DNA from: Eledone cirrhosa
Lineage: Eukaryota
Assembly (NCBI GenBank): GCA_964016885.1
Contig: OZ024757.1
Span: forward strand, 17,174,001 to 17,238,000
Direction: 5' to 3'
DNA length: 64,000 nucleotides
Both the position numbers and the translations under genes were made by a program. Positions 62,650 to 64,000 of this stretch are shown here, piece by piece (position 1 is the first letter of the stretch; each line of letters opens with the position of its first letter). Under the pieces are notes generated by a model. It was not told the origin of the DNA. It worked only from the letters and a program-made list of their open reading frames with translations, and made no database searches.

Positions 62650-64000
62650 GTGACACCAGCACCGCCACTTCTGGTACTCTGTATATTTTATCATGACAGC
62701 AGTATTACCACCTCTGGTACTCTGTATATTTTATCATGACAGCAGTACTACCATCTATGGTACTCTGTATATTTTATCATGACAGCAGTACTACCATCTA
62801 TGGTACTCTGTATATTTTATCATGACAGCAGTACTACCACCTCTGGTACTCTGTATATTTTATCATGACAGCAGTACTACCACCTCTTGTACTCTGTATA
62901 TTTTATCATGACACCAGCACCACCACCTCTGGTACTCTGTATATTTTATCATGACAGCAGTATTACCACCTCTGGTACTCTGTATATTTTATCATGACAC
63001 CAGTACTACCATCTATGGTACTCTGTATATTTTATCATGACACCAGTACTACCATCTATGGTACTCTGTATATTTTATCATGACAGCAGTATTACCACCT
63101 CTGGTACTCTGTATATTTTATCATGACAGCAGTATTACCACCTCTGGTACTCTGTATATTTTATCATGACAGCAGTACTACCATCTATGGTACTCTGTAT
63201 ATTTTATCATGACAGCAGTACTACCACCTCTGGTACTCTGTATATTTTATCATGACAGCAGTACTACCACCTCTTGTACTCTGTATATTTTATCATGACA
63301 CCAGCACCACCACCTCTGGTACTCTGTATATTTTATCATGACAGCAGTATTACCACCTCTGGTACTCTGTATATTTTATCATGACAGCAGTACTACCATC
63401 TATGGTACTCTGTATATTTTATCATGATACCAGTACTACCATCTATGGTACTCTGTATATTTTATCATGACAGCAGTATTACCACCTCTGGTACTCTGTA
63501 TATTTTATCATGACAGCAGTATTACCACCTCTGGTACTCTGTATATTTTATCATGACAGCAGTACTACCATCTATGGTACTCTGTATATTTTATCATGAC
63601 ACCAGTACTACCATCTATGGTACTCTGTATATTTTATCATGACACCAGTACTACCACCTCTGGTACTCTGTATATTTTATCATGACAGCAGTACTACCAT
63701 CTATGGTACTCTGTATATTTTATCATGACAGCAGTACTACCATCTATGGTACTCTGTATATTTTATCATGACAGCAGTATTACCACCTCTGGTACTCTGT
63801 ATATTTTATCATGACAGCACCACAACCTCTTGTACTCTGTATATTTTATCATGACACCAGCACCACCATCTATGGTACTCTGTATATTTTATCATGACAC
63901 CAGTACTACCACCTCTGGTACTCTGTATATTTTATCATGACAGCAGTACTACCATCTCTGGTACTCTGTATATTTTATCATGACAGCAGTACTACCATCT
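62650..64000. repeat. 43-bp satellite, about 31 copies, running off the window end
   Basis: Unit ggtactctgtatattttatcatgacagcagtactacca(tcta/cctc)t. Confidence 0.95.

Overview
This is an AT-rich, microsatellite-laden animal genomic window with no confidently identifiable host protein-coding gene, so it is probably intronic or intergenic. The SINE, RTE and microsatellite make-up suggests an octopus or other coleoid cephalopod (inference). It is mostly transposon debris: RTE-clade LINE copies whose RT carries an inserted PHD-type zinc finger, CR1-, Tx1- and Ingi/Vingi-like LINE ends, a Naiad-type Penelope-like element (PLE) GIY-YIG remnant bracketed by inverted repeats, two tRNA-derived SINE families, TTAA-specific piggyBac-type MITEs, Tc1/mariner remnants and a Helitron. 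It also has large tandem arrays with 71, 95, 39, 28 and 43 bp units. The most notable pattern is a set of at least seven minimal type-I hammerhead-ribozyme-like motifs from several families, one apparently intact at 35669-35723. They lie in short PLE-type inserts at (TA)n tracts, often with fold-back or inverted ends. Other points of interest are a two-copy hairpin element with compensatory changes, a MITE that appears to nest into its own internal TTAA, a 3-kb satellite derived from a SINE body, and a minisatellite of Pol III B-boxes. Nearly all long ORFs in the ORF track are translations of simple or tandem repeats. All calls were made by eye, and boundaries are approximate unless motifs are quoted.
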